Shown here one piece after another: positions 37,701-50,725 of a stretch of 64,000 nt of DNA. The position numbers and the translations under genes were made by a program. A model generated the notes under the pieces. That model saw only the letters and a list, made by a program, of their open reading frames with translations, did no database searches and was not told where the DNA came from. The DNA is from Balanoglossus misakiensis (lineage: Eukaryota; Animalia; Hemichordata), in the NCBI GenBank assembly GCA_040954595.2, contig CM082576.2:1433403-1497402 (forward strand). Reading direction: 5' to 3'. Position 1 is the first letter of the stretch. Every line of letters starts with the position of its first letter.

Positions 37701-40700
37701 CATACAATGGAATAGCTGAATTGGAAGAGCTGCTTGATTTCTGAAATTAGTTTTCCTGTCGGCTTCATCAGAACATCAATATCACACCCCTCTGAGGAAA
37801 ATAGACTATCTGATGAATCCATAAATTTTGTATGCAAATACCACGCAATCCTTCAATTATACACAGTACCCACAACACAGATATCCAGTATATTCTAAGC
37901 AACCTGAACAATATTTACCTTCATTCTCAACTGAAGCTGATCGTTCTAGGAACTGATATCTCATTCTTGAACCATGACACACACCAAAAATTCACACACA
38001 AACCAAAACAACAAAAAACAACTAATGTCTTACCTCAGCATGGAAGTTGATACTCTTACTATCAGACCTCTGCAACTGAGCCATCAGTTCTGCCATTCTG
38101 TTGGTGTAATGTCTCTTTATCAACTGTTCTCTTGATTCGTCATCTTTCTCACTTTGTGTCAGACTGGTTTCAACTTTACCCAGCTGTAAATCCAAACATA
38201 AAATCAAAGTATGGATACATCATCTTTGGTGGAATCTCTAAATGAAATTGAGTATTTAAAATTCAAACAAGCATCCCGGATGGAACATTGCAGTTTTTCC
38301 ACAGTACTGGTTACTAACAGTTTCTTTCCTGCTTGTCAGTGATCTCAAAGCAATAAAACTTCTGAAAATACTTACATGAGATGTTTCCATTGTGGGTTCA
38401 TCATTCACCTTCACACTTGAACTTGAAGGACTATTGGCAGGTTTTGCATCAACAGGCTTTGCTGTAACTTCACCATGTGCAGTTCTTTCTATTTCAAGCT
38501 GTTTGACTCTCTGTAAGCAATGAGATATATTTTGTGTTATTTTTCTCGATACAGACTAAGATACTGACTATTTAACACTATGCCATCCCAGTGCAATTCA
38601 AATGCATGAAAAGGGCAGCATCATTTTATCAGTTTTATGATTTCAGCTGGTCAATGTCAATCAACAGTTACAAACATAATGGGTTGGATTTGAAGGTTTA
38701 TACAAATTGCCCACCTGTAACTCTTTGTCGTATTTGATTTGTATCAACTGTGCTTCCAACATCCAGTGTTCCTTCTCTTGCTCTAACTTGGTGATTTTAT
38801 CCACATTACTAGCAACTTGTTGAGTCAGCCCTTCTTTGCTCTCTGTAGAGCTCAGCAAAATCTTTCTGTTCTGTATGGCAGTTGTGTATGGTACTGTTTC
38901 TGGCTGAGCCTGGAAGAAATACACAAAATCCAAGTGTTCACCAACATATTTTGATCTATACATGACTATTGTATAACTGGTAGTACATTCTGTGGTCTAT
39001 TTTTACAAAAATCCAGTACCTGAGAAACATTGGCAGATATTATGGGGTCAATAAACCTTTAAAAATTGCAGCTATTTGGGCTTCCAAATAAATAGTATAA
39101 ACTTACTCTTTTCAATAAATTCATATACTGAACAGCTCTCTGTCTGAGTTGGGTCACTGTCGGTGATGTTGCAGGTCCATCACCATCACTGGCACCACTT
39201 AGACTATGACCTCTTGTGCGAAACAGAACTGAACTGCAGAAGAAATCTAGATTGGACTTTGAAAAACTTGATATCTGCAAAAAAAAAAACAAGGAAGCTC
39301 ATGAGACTTTTTCCATAGGTCATCAGGGGTCAGAGTGCAAAGGGTCAAGAAATACGACAAGACTCAGTGGAGAATCCACTAGATTCTTCTGTGTAGCATG
39401 TATGACTTCATATTACCAGAGAATATCAGTTCAACCATGGAAATGAATGTTTTTATCTTATTGTACATTGCTTATTAAGATGTGACCTGACAACTCACCT
39501 TCCCAGTTGATGTCACAAGTGATATCAGAGATGAGACGACACATTCATCTGTTGTTTTCAGTTTCTGAGATGCTGTTGGTAACTGGTGCTCTAAAGACAC
39601 TTTGGAATTGTAATGTTTTGATACATCTGAAATTAATAAGAATCTGTGTCAACAATCCATCAGGAGTAATTGACAATTGGTGTGAGGTAGATGGCAGTCA
39701 GTGTTTTTTGTTGTTGCTTTGATAACTCTTGACTACAATAAGTGTTCTCCACATAAGGTTACAAATTGTATAAAACTTAAATGCAGAATGTTGAATGACA
39801 GGTCAATGTTTTGATGGAATTACAGTACACTGACCTTTCATGACATTGTACAGATCCTCCAGACACTGAGCTAACCTCTGGAATATGACAGTGTGATTGG
39901 CTGTTGAGATATCACATGATTTCTTGCTGGCTGATGCAATCACACTAATATATGACTCCAATCTACTGAGTACTGTTGCTAGTTTCTTTAATGCACTGTG
40001 AAGATCCATGTTTCTGGTTTCCAAGGTCTGGGAACAGCTTGATATTGCACACTCTTCTTCTAAACTAAATGTTAAAAATCAATGCCAATATCAATGACAC
40101 TATCCTTCCATTTTGGTATATTGCATCCATGCATAATATGCAACGTCAAAAAAGAATTGTTCTTGCATAAACAGATCTCTGATCTGGTGTCAAATGTAAG
40201 CATATTGCATGCATGGAATGCATGATGTATACATCTTCCTGACAAGTCATTTGATGATGGGATACAGATTTATATTGGTTAATTACTAAATTAGGTTTGC
40301 TGTTCTGTTCATAGATTTACCCTCTTAGTTGTAAACATTAAATGAATTGGTGGCAACACCTTACAGACCAAGAACTCAAGCAACAAGCTGTCTACTGTGA
40401 AATCAGCGGAAATAGCGCCCTCAGTGGTAACAACAATCAACTCATGGTCATATATGCAGATTGGGGAACATGTCAATATAAGTGCCAGTCATTTCACTCA
40501 CCTTAGAAGTTGGTAAGGGAGTAATTTTTGGTGATATGCAATATATTTCCTGAACTTTTCAGCAAAATCTTGAAGTCCTGTTGCAGTTTCCTGACAAATA
40601 CAAAAATAAGATCAAGGACACTCCTCAGAACGGTTTGCTGATTAGCTGCCTGTGTAAGAAATTGCATTCTCAAGAAACTGTCAATCAAGTGGATTACAAA

Positions 40701-43700
40701 TTGTTTTCTGACGAGATTTTCAATCAAGTTGATTACAAATGCATTCACTGTGTATATGGACAAGGACATGGACTAATTGGAAACAGCAGGAAGCAAGCCT
40801 TATATGACAACTTCAGCATTCTGTGTCCACAACATGAAGACCATCGAATGAAGTGTTAACCTACAAACATTTAAGGCATGAACATAGTAAGCTCAACTTC
40901 CATGCTTGTTTGCACGCATGGTTTGTCTGTCTTCTTTTCATTTCTGGCTTACAATTACACGAATGTTCAACTTACCAATGTGACTAAAGCATCGTCCTTA
41001 ATGCTTTCTTGAAATGCAGTAAATGATGCTTCTATTGCTCGCAAGTAGGATGCATTTTCATGTAAATAACTACAAAACTGTTGACAAAACAAATTTTACA
41101 GTTAGCAGTACAAAGGTGTAGACACTCTTTAGAAATTTATCCATACTGACAGTGATTTAAATTTCATTTTTCCACACTGTATGGAAATTATGATATGAAC
41201 AGCAAAATGAAAATATGTTTAGGCTTTTGATGAAAACTAATTAGGGTTTCTGGTAGTGGTTTACTTCTTAAAAGCGAGGAGTTTCTTTGTTCTTAACATT
41301 TAGAAAGTCCATCACACTCCATCACCCAGACTGAGCTGAGGCATTTGAAACACACATCCAGATAACAAGAATGCACTTATATGTATTAAAAGATGCTGAC
41401 TTTATTTGCCAAGAAATTACCTTTTGATTGACAGGACTCAGTGTTTCTGTGGCAGAATCTATTGGATAAACTTTGGACCTCTGTTCAGCATATGTGTGGA
41501 AATTGGACAATCCAGACACCAGCTCTTTTATCAGAGTTGCAGCTTGACCTATGACCTCTTTAGCTTTCATCTGCACACCAATAGGTAAATAACATCAATC
41601 CAACTCTAATTGGCACAATCATGAAATATTGTGTTGACTGTGTACTACTGTGAAATAGTTATTTCTGTGTCATGTAGGGGACTCCCGTTTAAAAATGGGT
41701 AATTAACAGAAATTCAAACAGTAAGAACACAGGCACAAAATCTTTAGGGAAAAAAAACACATCATAGGCACCACAATCAAAAGTTGCTGGATAAACAGGT
41801 TTGCATGAAAACTGAGTAACTCACCTGATGTTTCCTGTCATGAGCAGGGATGTTAAGAGCATTGAACACTCTATACTCTAGAAAGAAAGAAAAATCAAAA
41901 TACAATTTTTGAATAAGATTATCCTTGTTTGGGGAGATTTGACTCACTAAGGTAGCAACAATCTATATAAGGTAACAGAAATGTATATGTATATTGTTTT
42001 TATTCCTTACCAGTGTCATTAAATGGTAATTTATCCCGGATTGTATTTTCAGCTTTACTAAGTCGACCAGTCAAATCTTCTTTTACTTTGTTTAGTTGTT
42101 GTTCACATTTGGTAGCTTTGATTATTGACTCTTTGACTTCTTTTTCTTGTGACTGCAATTTGACCTCTAGCATGACCTTGTCTTGTTGCAGTTTGTCCAC
42201 AATGTCCTTGTGTTTCTGAAGAGTACTTTCCAGCACTGCTTGGTGCTGACTGTTTTCATGTTCCACAACTGTCAGTCTCTCTTGCAGTTGAACTACAATT
42301 TGCCGATGTTCCTCTGTTGACTCATACACCTGAAATTGTATAGATCACGACAATCTGATTAAAATCAAATTGTAGAGTTGGGCGCCGTCTTTACCTTTAC
42401 GGGAGCATACATCAAGAACAGCCAAGACAGAGAACAGCAACAGTTGAATAAAAGACAAAAAAATCACCATATGCAAACACAAACTCACCTGTTTATGCAA
42501 TCTTTCATTTTCTCTGATTTTACTGGTCAATTCTTCTCCAATGACATTACTTTCAACTGGGTGATGATGTGGTTCACTGCTAGGTTTCTGTTTTGATAAA
42601 CAAGTATTTGTCAAAAAAACAACAACACTATGTACAATATCATAATCCTGAGTTGCATCAGTTTAGGTGCAATCATAATTCACCACAGTTACACCAAAGA
42701 CTGTGAGGCTGTGACAGGCTAACACAAAGGAGCTATGGCAATGACAAGCAAGAAGGAGGTGCAATACCTTACCTTATGTTTCTTTCCCTTGTGTTCATAG
42801 CTGTCTAATTCACTTTGTAAAACATCCACTCTCTTAGTCAACTGCTGATTACGGAATGTTAAACTGTCAATTTCTTGTTCATATTTTCTGATTGACTGGT
42901 CTCTTTCTTTCACAGTTTCCTGCAGAGAAAAACGTTCACATACAGAAGCTCAGAAATCTAGTTTAATATCAGAGAACATATTGTTTATTATAATTGACCT
43001 TTAAATTGAGATCTGCAGCCACAGTCATTGGATCAATTTTATTTGCCAGTAATAGATTTGCGATCAGAGAGAAAATATGCCATAAATGTCAGAAATTAGG
43101 ACACTGGCACAAAAATATATGACACACATTTAATATACATAAATTTAATTGGAAAGTGTTCAAAGATTCTAACCGCCATCTTTCTTTGCAGGACCTCTGA
43201 TACAAACCTTAAGTTCTCCCTGTTTACTCTGTTCATCCAACACTGCTTTCTTCAAAACTGAATGCTGAGCTTTCAACTGGAAAACAGAAAGTCCTTAAAA
43301 TTAAAAATACTGACCAAAATATGAATCTCATTCATGTAGCTTTTATCTACACCCAGAATAAATCAACAGCAAACAACTGCTATGGTTGCTCATTCTTGCC
43401 ACTTGTTTTATTCTAAGCGCAGTTTCAGTTTGAAGTCTGGCCACTGGGATATACCTGTGTCCAGACTAGCCTTGTCATCATGATGAATCATGAACTGCAA
43501 TTATGGCTTACCGACTTCTAGCCCTCTGTTTCTCTGTTTGCTGCAGTACTATGACTTGAGGCTTTGCCTGGTGTTGTACGGTTTTGTCGTCCACACACAA
43601 TACTAAGCAAAACCTTGAGCTAGTGTTTGTATACATTAGATCATTTTTGTCACCTTATGACACCTTCAATTGGCACACCACCATTTCCATAACTTGTTAC

Positions 43701-44166
43701 ATTTTAATGCGAAATACAAACTGTAATTCGCAATACAATTTATGGTTTGGGTGTGAAAGAAAATACTTCTGATTGGTGGGAGGACTATGCTTTAAATTTG
43801 TTTGTTTGTCTGTCTGTTTGTTTGTGTGTGTGTGTGTGGGGGGGGGGGTGACATTCTACATCATGACTCCGCCCTCTAACGACAACGTCGACAAAGTAAT
43901 CAGCGGATTATCGGACAGCTGATGTGTTCTATTCTAATAGATTGTGACTGTTTTTATAATTGTAACGCGAGGCTGAATCATTTCCAGTGTATCCTAAAAC
44001 ACTTTTTGATTGAGTAAATTGCCAAAGACACAAACAAGCCACTCCATTCATTTCAGGAGGCGGGGTCGTCGGAATCGCCGAGGTGCGGATATGTATCTTG
44101 AAAAGCAATTCTTACCTTGGCATACTCCTGTGCGAGTTTTTGGTACTTGGCTTGGATATCAGCCAT
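28741..44166 (-). CDS. PPP1R21: Protein phosphatase 1 regulatory subunit 21 (KLRAQ1/CCDC128; FERRY complex subunit), 18 coding exons
   Basis: Exons: 44116-44166, 43208-43276, 42773-42919, 42489-42587, 42011-42329, 41825-41877, 41421-41570, 40976-41077, 40502-40590, 39835-40064, 39499-39626, 39107-39274, 38715-38909, 38376-38510, 38034-38183, 29404-29502, 29102-29236, 28741-28770; phases consistent. Motifs KYQKLAQEYAKLKAQ, EQEIDSLTFRNQQLTKRV, LPFNDT, LEQEKEHWMLE, SKSINFHAECRAL, SYESQLSMMSDHLCSMNE. Confidence 0.95.
33561..33641. mobile_element. Short palindromic hairpin element with a target-site-like duplication, in the long PPP1R21 intron
   Basis: CCTAGCCCTGGTTTTCTGCTGCCTTCG and CGAAGGCGGCCAAAAACTAGAGCTAGG form an imperfect ~27-bp stem; flanked by cactgaacc (33561) and cactgatcc (33633); ends AGGCTA. 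Confidence 0.65.
35255..35565. repeat. Dispersed repeat fragment (aaaatggccgcc...ggacagatggacag...tagtccc..gggacta type)
   Basis: Terminal micro-hairpin tagtccct..agggacta and (GGACA)n-like tail; similar aaattcaa(a/g)atgg(t/c)c segments occur at about 19172 and 46697. Boundaries approximate. Confidence 0.4.
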
Positions 44167-44441
44167 ACTTCTGAACACCTTTCTTGTGTTTTCCGGTATT
44201 GAAACGAAAAGAATGTTTTATCTGTAGATAGTGGTGAGACTTTTTAAAAGTCAAACTCCTCACTACCGACAGTAGACGTCCATTTTGAATATATTAACTT
44301 TCAAAGGAATTCTGGGAAACTATCAGCTGTAAGGACAAGGCTGAGCTGAAAGTTGCACGTGTGTTTTTGACTGTCATCCAAAAAAGTCACTGCTAATATC
44401 TCCGGTATCACAAGTACTTTAATTGACCGAGAGTTCGTGAA
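44167..44441. promoter_or_regulatory. Compact bidirectional promoter PPP1R21 / TMEM223
   Basis: Start codons diverge with only 275 bp between them. E-box CACGTG at about 44356, TTCTGGGAA at about 44310, and a YY1-like AAATGGCG spanning the TMEM223 ATG. Confidence 0.6.
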
Positions 44442-45535
44442 ATGGCGCTCTGTATATCTTTGCGGACATGGACATCATCAGTTGCGCTCAGACTTAGAGT
44501 CAACTTGCAGTGCAAGTTTGGAGCTGGAGCATCAACAAACAACTTGGTGCGTGCTTTTACTGTCTCATCGCCCAGAACTTTTACCAACTCAGCACATAGA
44601 TGTTTCTTAAACAATGCCAAAACAGCCCGCCCGTGTGTTTTCACTGAAAGAGGACTAAACAGGTCAACGAATGGGTTCAGGATTATCGACACCTGCAGAA
44701 GGCCTTATTACGGTGAATCCGGTCAACAGCGCCCTCCTGATACCAATGTTGTAAGAGACGTTCTTCTGTATGAGAATAAGAACTTCACTTTTCATCGAGT
44801 TATGGCAATGTTTGCCATAGCACAGTTTACTTTCTGGGTCTACCTGGCTCATTTTGCCTATACAGAAATGAGAGTTCGGGAAAGAGCCGAAATATCAGTG
44901 TATGGAGAAAAAGGAGCACCTGAAGATAAGAAGAAAAAGTTTTCTTTTGCTGGATTGAGTTTTCCTTTGGGATCACCTTACTGGCGTTATGGAATGATTA
45001 CATTCTGCCTTGGAATGGGTTAGTATTTCTTATGCATTGGGTGAATGCACACAATGAATTCTGCATTGTCTTGTCAAGAACAGAATTTGTGTTCATCAGG
45101 TATGGATGATAGTATCACAACTATCACAGCTGAGCTGGACCAGCCTACCTCATCAACACAATATTATGTCTGATAATTCCTGAGAAAAAAGTACAAGCTT
45201 TCTTGTGATGCATGTATTTTGTTGATTTTCCCTCAGGTTCACTCATAGTGTCTGCTGTGATATTGTATTCAAGGAGAAACATTTATCGACTGATTTTGAG
45301 GAAAGGCGGCCAGAAGTGTACAGTCATACCATTTGGATTTTATGGACGTGCAAAACAAAGATTCACAGTTCCACTGATGAAGATGTCATGTCTGCATACA
45401 AGAGACACTGTTAAATCAAATTTACCTGTTAAAATCAAGGGGCGTCTTTTCTTCTATTTGATGGACAAGAGGGGGAAGTTTTACAATGGCAGATTATTTG
45501 ATTTTACTGCTGGTGTAAAAAGAATGATTGATTAA
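44442..45535 (+). CDS. TMEM223: Transmembrane protein 223 (mitochondrial inner membrane), 2 exons
   Basis: Exons 44442-45018 (donor gttagt) and 45237-45535 (acceptor cctcag), phase 1. Arg/Ser-rich presequence-like N-terminus; VVRDVLLYE; Q-F-W-YLAHFA; WRYG; LILRKGG; LPVKIKGRLFFYLMDKRGKF..LFDFTAG. Confidence 0.9.
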
Positions 45536-45667
45536 TTTTCTATCTAGTAACAAACTTCATTGTTTGGTTTTATTGGAAATAGAAAATATAATATGTTTTC
45601 TTGTGGGAAGAATGACTCTGTGTGGTAGTTGGAATGCATTTTCTCCTGGCATTTTAAAACTACAGTT

Positions 45668-45686
45668 GAGCTCCCTCTAGTGGCCA
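45668..45686 (-). promoter_or_regulatory. Strong CTCF-like motif just downstream of TMEM223
   Basis: Reverse complement TGGCCACTAGAGGGAGCTC vs CTCF consensus TGGCCACCAGGGGGCGCTA. Confidence 0.5.
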
Positions 45687-48600
45687 CTTTAGCATTTCTT
45701 TTCTTTAGTTGATTACTCTATGTGAAGCTTATTCAGAAAAATTGAACATTCATTGTGGAAAGACAACATGTACAGAGGTAAAAGTATTGATATTTCTGAC
45801 GCCACTGGGAATAACAGAAAAGTGCCTTAAAGGTTTGTTACACAGCTGTTCACAAATATGACCATTCCACCCTGTCTCTTCTATTGCATTACATCATCCC
45901 TCGGGGTCAGCTCTTCTCAGCTTATGGATGGTATGACAAATATTTGAAGAGCAGTCAAGTTTGTTGCAAATCGAAAAAAACAGAAAGTGTCTACAACTGT
46001 CTAGACTATAATGTGTTACTGTGGAACAAATATATTCCAGAATGTTCCAATTATGTCAAAATCTTTATGTTCCCAGATGTGTTTGTGTGTAACAGTGGAT
46101 ACCTTGATCTTCATTCACATTGACAGGTGTTGTCAGCATGCATACATCACCCACTGGGGAGTCCACTCCAGTAGCTTACCTGCTAGGGAGTCCACTTGAA
46201 TAGCAAGCCAATTAGCAACCATCCCTAGTACTGTTGCTATGGATATACACCACCCGCACCCTGCAAAGATTCCAAATGCAACACAGGCAAACTTTCCTCT
46301 TGCTCCTACTTCTGCATGATTCAGTTGCCTCAGGGCCACTGAACTGAGTTACTTGAAAGCACAAATCCATTATCAGGAACTGCAGTTGCTGCCTCAGATT
46401 TCAGAATCTCTCATGAGAAGTTTTGACAGGAAGTTTGATGACTGTGAGCATTCCTAACATGGTCAGTGAAGCATAAATTGAGGAAATCTAGTGTGAAAAT
46501 CTGCTTGTTTATTGACATTCCATGTCAAGAGGCTTATTTTTACATGTTTGGTCTTCTCCGGTTGGGAAGTTTTAATTTTGACAATTCAATGTAGCAATCC
46601 CAACAGAATATTACTCAGGGCTTCTGCTCATGAAATAATCAAATTTGGACTTTCAATCATTCTAAAAGCATGATTTACATTTCAGTACAGTATTTAAAAT
46701 TCAAGATGGCCACCAGTGTTTGACCTAGAATGGGAAGAAATGAATGATTTTTGCAGAGAAAATAGGACAAACTTTCCTACAAATTATGATTCACCCTTAG
46801 ATCAGCTACTGACACTACTGTTCACAAGATTTGACTCTGGGGTTTTTCCACTTAATGTTTGTGCTTGAGAGTGGTTTCCATGGCAATGTTGCATTACAAT
46901 TGCAGGGAATGGCAATAAGAACCCAATGAGGCAAGTTTACCAAGTTCAAAGTTTTTATTTCCTCTTTTTTAGTATTTACATAACATGAGATGTCAGTTTT
47001 AGACATGAGATGACAGCAAAAAATGTAACAGAAATCTATAATTGTCAATGATAAAATTTTGCTTTTTCTATGTTGGCAGTTTCTTTCTACAATAATAACA
47101 AAAAATAATTCTAGAGTGCAATAGGCTAGGATCAATCGTACACCTGAGTAAATTGTATGAATCACTCTTTGTAATTTCAACCACTAACTTTCTGAGAAAG
47201 TATTTTCCTTTGAAGTTTCAGAACTTATAGGGTAAGAAAATGAAATTATGGCAGTAAAAAGTATACATTCAGTTTCATTTGGCAGACATTTTAAAATATT
47301 GGGCCATTTCTCAATGCCAATAATGCTAAAAAGTTATAGTGGTGTTTCATTACAATATTCACAGACAAATAAGAATAAATAGTAACATTATTTCATAAAA
47401 AATGTTCACTCAACGTTTGACAAGTGATATTTGGCAGAAATAGAAACTAATTACGTAAGCAGGTCATTTTGACACTTTGCTTTTTGTTTAGGTTTTAAAT
47501 TTTTCCAACATATTACGGAAATTGTAGAGACTGCGATGTGGAGATGAAATGACAGATAGTTTCCATTTTACAGAGACCTTCATATTAAGAAAGGCCAATG
47601 TAATATGAACCCACTTTTAATCTTTTCAACATCATTGGATGATACATGGCCCCATTCTATTGACAGTGTTATCCCTGTGAGAACTGACTCCAGCCCATTG
47701 ATTACATATCTCTCATCTAAAAATCTCAATTTTCAGTACATCCGAAATTTTAACATTTACGTTACAAATGATTTCAATATTTTCATTGTCACTTTGAAGC
47801 AAAGAGCATTGAACTGTAATTGCCTTTTATGTTTATGAGAAAAACAAACTATTTCCTCGTACTTTCCACTTGTAACTTTCATGAAAGATAAACTAAAACC
47901 ATTTTGAGGAATAAAGGCTCTGATTAAAGAAATATTTAAACATTTTAAACTTTGTCCTATTTGGTATATAACTAAATGCTTTCCCATGTTACCCATTTCC
48001 TTCTACTCTAAAGCTCTTATTGGTCTTGGCAGTGACAGAAAAAAAATACACCAATGCTTCCTACTTTCCCAAATATTTCTAGTTTTCCACCGACTGGATT
48101 CATACAATTGCATCAAGACAGAATCAAATGCATACAACACACAGTTAAAAATTATAACTGGCATTTTTACATGTTACCAGCACTTGCTTGCACTTGTTTT
48201 ATACTAAAAAATTAAAACAGTTGTTCCTTACAGTTGCCATGGATACTGACATATGGAAGTGATAGCACATTTCAGATGTATTCACGTCTGTTAAGTATCG
48301 AATTCCAATCAGTGTTCCCTCTAAGGTTTTCAAATTTGGTGCCCCGGAAGGAAGATGGTCTGGTTGGGGTTTTTCCTCCTCATGATTCTTGTACACAAAC
48401 ATATTAAGAAATTGATTGGTGTTTCGGTGTGTCTTAATTTCAATTGTAGAAGTGGTTCTGGTCTTGAGATAATTTCCATTGTTATCCAAAAGTAAAATTA
48501 CTGTGACACTTTGCAACTGGGCGAAAAACTTCACACCAAAGCCTTAGTGGGAACATTGGATACAATTCTCCATTATCATGATTATAAACGAATAGTTGTT

Positions 48601-50725
48601 ATTACTTGTCTTAAAACTCACTTCCATCTTATCAGGTATAAATCTCCCTAAGTTTGTGGTTTTTGGCACCCCAGTTTACAAAACTGTACAAATACCTTCA
48701 GTTGATACCTGAAAGTTAACATGAAATGCTTTCAGCAACAAAAAATATTTACAAAGCCATTCAGAATAAAGAAGTGATACTGAATTCATATTGAAAAGTT
48801 GTGTGGTTTGGTGTTGACAGGAGAATGGAGTATATCAGGTGAAGGCTGCAAATAAATTTGAACTTAGAGAAGGGCAATGAAAATGTTGAATGTAATATGC
48901 AAGCTTAGAGGCAGTGGAGTCTCCAACTAATCACAGATTCAGAAAATATAGGGATTATTATAAATGGTTCTCCCTTTGGAGTTGTTCTGTGAAAAAGACT
49001 GAATTCATTGCTTGACCAGAAAATCCAGAACATGGCCAAGGTCACCATGTACAGCAATAAATCTGTTCTGATTGGCTAAAATGATCATTTTGTACAGCTG
49101 TCATCAGTCAGGATCCAATCAGCAGCTGCCTTGCAATTGAGTGAATACATTTTTTGCTCTTCTCAGGAACACCTGTACCCTATCATAATCCATTCATATA
49201 ATATGTCAACACCAAGCATTCCACTGCATGTACACGTATGTACAAACACTATACTATTTGATAAAAAAAACATTTTCAGCTTGTTGGTAAGAATGGTGCA
49301 AGTTGTAAAGACAATGATATGGTGCAGTGATGGGATTGACAAAATTTCATACATGGTAATTTTTCATTTTTTTCAATGAGTACGAACTTACAAAAGTTAT
49401 CACTTACTTATAAATGAGATGTTTATCCTCCATAGAAACACAAACAAAACAAAAATAAGGAGAGAAAAAGAAATTTAAATCCTTATTTACATGGCTTTGT
49501 AAGTGGTTTGTTTCAGGATATAAATCAGACTTTTGACTTGCTTCTCCCTGACATTTGAAATAAAACGGGAGGCAGTGAATATTAGACACCCAATCCAAAC
49601 GTTCAGTCCAGTTCTATTTGTTGATAAAAGACAACATGAAATGACAATCTCATGAACAAAATAAAACATTAATTTCAGTCCTGTGAGACTCTGCATAATC
49701 CTTGTCTTAACCCAAGAAAACCTCATTTCATGCTACATAATTAACATTTCAAAATTATTAGTTTCTAACTCGTTTAAAATAAAAAATAGTTTTTTCCTTT
49801 TTACTACTGATTGCCATTTTTGAATGAATCCAATACTTTCTCTATACAGATATTGATAATAGTCTCTTGCATCGTTTGTACTGTGATTACTTCCAGTAAA
49901 TTTGGACATAAGAACTATATGAAATTCTGCTACCAGCTACCAATAACAATTTGCACTATCATCCTACGTGAGTTTTAGTTGTATTTTTAAAATACCTTTT
50001 CTCTGCTCTTTACCTCCTACATTCTTTACTAAATAAATCTACTTCAAGTGTCTCTAGCTCTCTGTACTTCATTTGTGTCACGACTATATGACAGTTTACT
50101 TCCCCATATTCAACGCGTGTTGTTTTTTGTAATGCTTGATCTGAATATGGTGTCTGCTCATTGGGAATTCTTACACATGCAGCCACACACTCATGCAGAC
50201 TTGACCATATTGTGAGCGTTTGCTAGTAATATAATACTGTGGGTAAGAAAATACATGGCAGTTTATTACTGGATACCCGCTCTTGACTGTCATAAGGGTT
50301 TGTTTTTTCTTTAAAAAAAGGAAGAAAAAAGTCATGATACATTGGCAATGATACCATCCGTCCTAGCACCACCACTCTTACATGGTACACTATCCCCATG
50401 TGCTCTAAAATAGTTCACATTCACCCCTAACTTACGCAGTTTCCCTGAATGACTAATACCCCTATCAATTGTACAGTATGGCAGCATCACTGTGACATTA
50501 TTATTTTTTTCATTTTTTTTCTTCATGATCAATATAGATGATAAAAATGTCAGGTGGCTAGTTTTCTGGCCCATGAGTCACACCAATGGGGTGTAAAGAC
50601 ACATTAGATTGTGTCTTCTTGCTTTTTTTTTTTAATCCTCAAATCTGGATCTTGTTTAGACAATTGCACTCAGCCCTTGGTTTTTGTCGTTTTTTTCACA
50701 GTTCGGCATTTTCTACATCCCCCCT

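Noticed and set aside
40681-40740. ~20-bp direct repeat tcaatcaagt(g/t)gattacaaat x2
   Set aside because: Only two units; a local intronic duplication.
43425-43483. Minus-strand ATGATGA...CTGA pair resembling a C/D box snoRNA in PPP1R21 intron 1
   Set aside because: Too short (~57 nt), interior is a self-complementary hairpin, and I see no terminal stem or recognisable rRNA guide; more likely a hairpin repeat.
13850-43848. Poly-C/poly-G tracts (about 13850, 14979, 17187, 25716, 27110, 36197, 43837)
   Set aside because: Simple intronic homopolymers; G-quadruplex potential only, with no positional pattern.
44408-44692. 94-aa ORF antisense to TMEM223 exon 1
   Set aside because: Shadow ORF of a coding exon with no recognisable domain.
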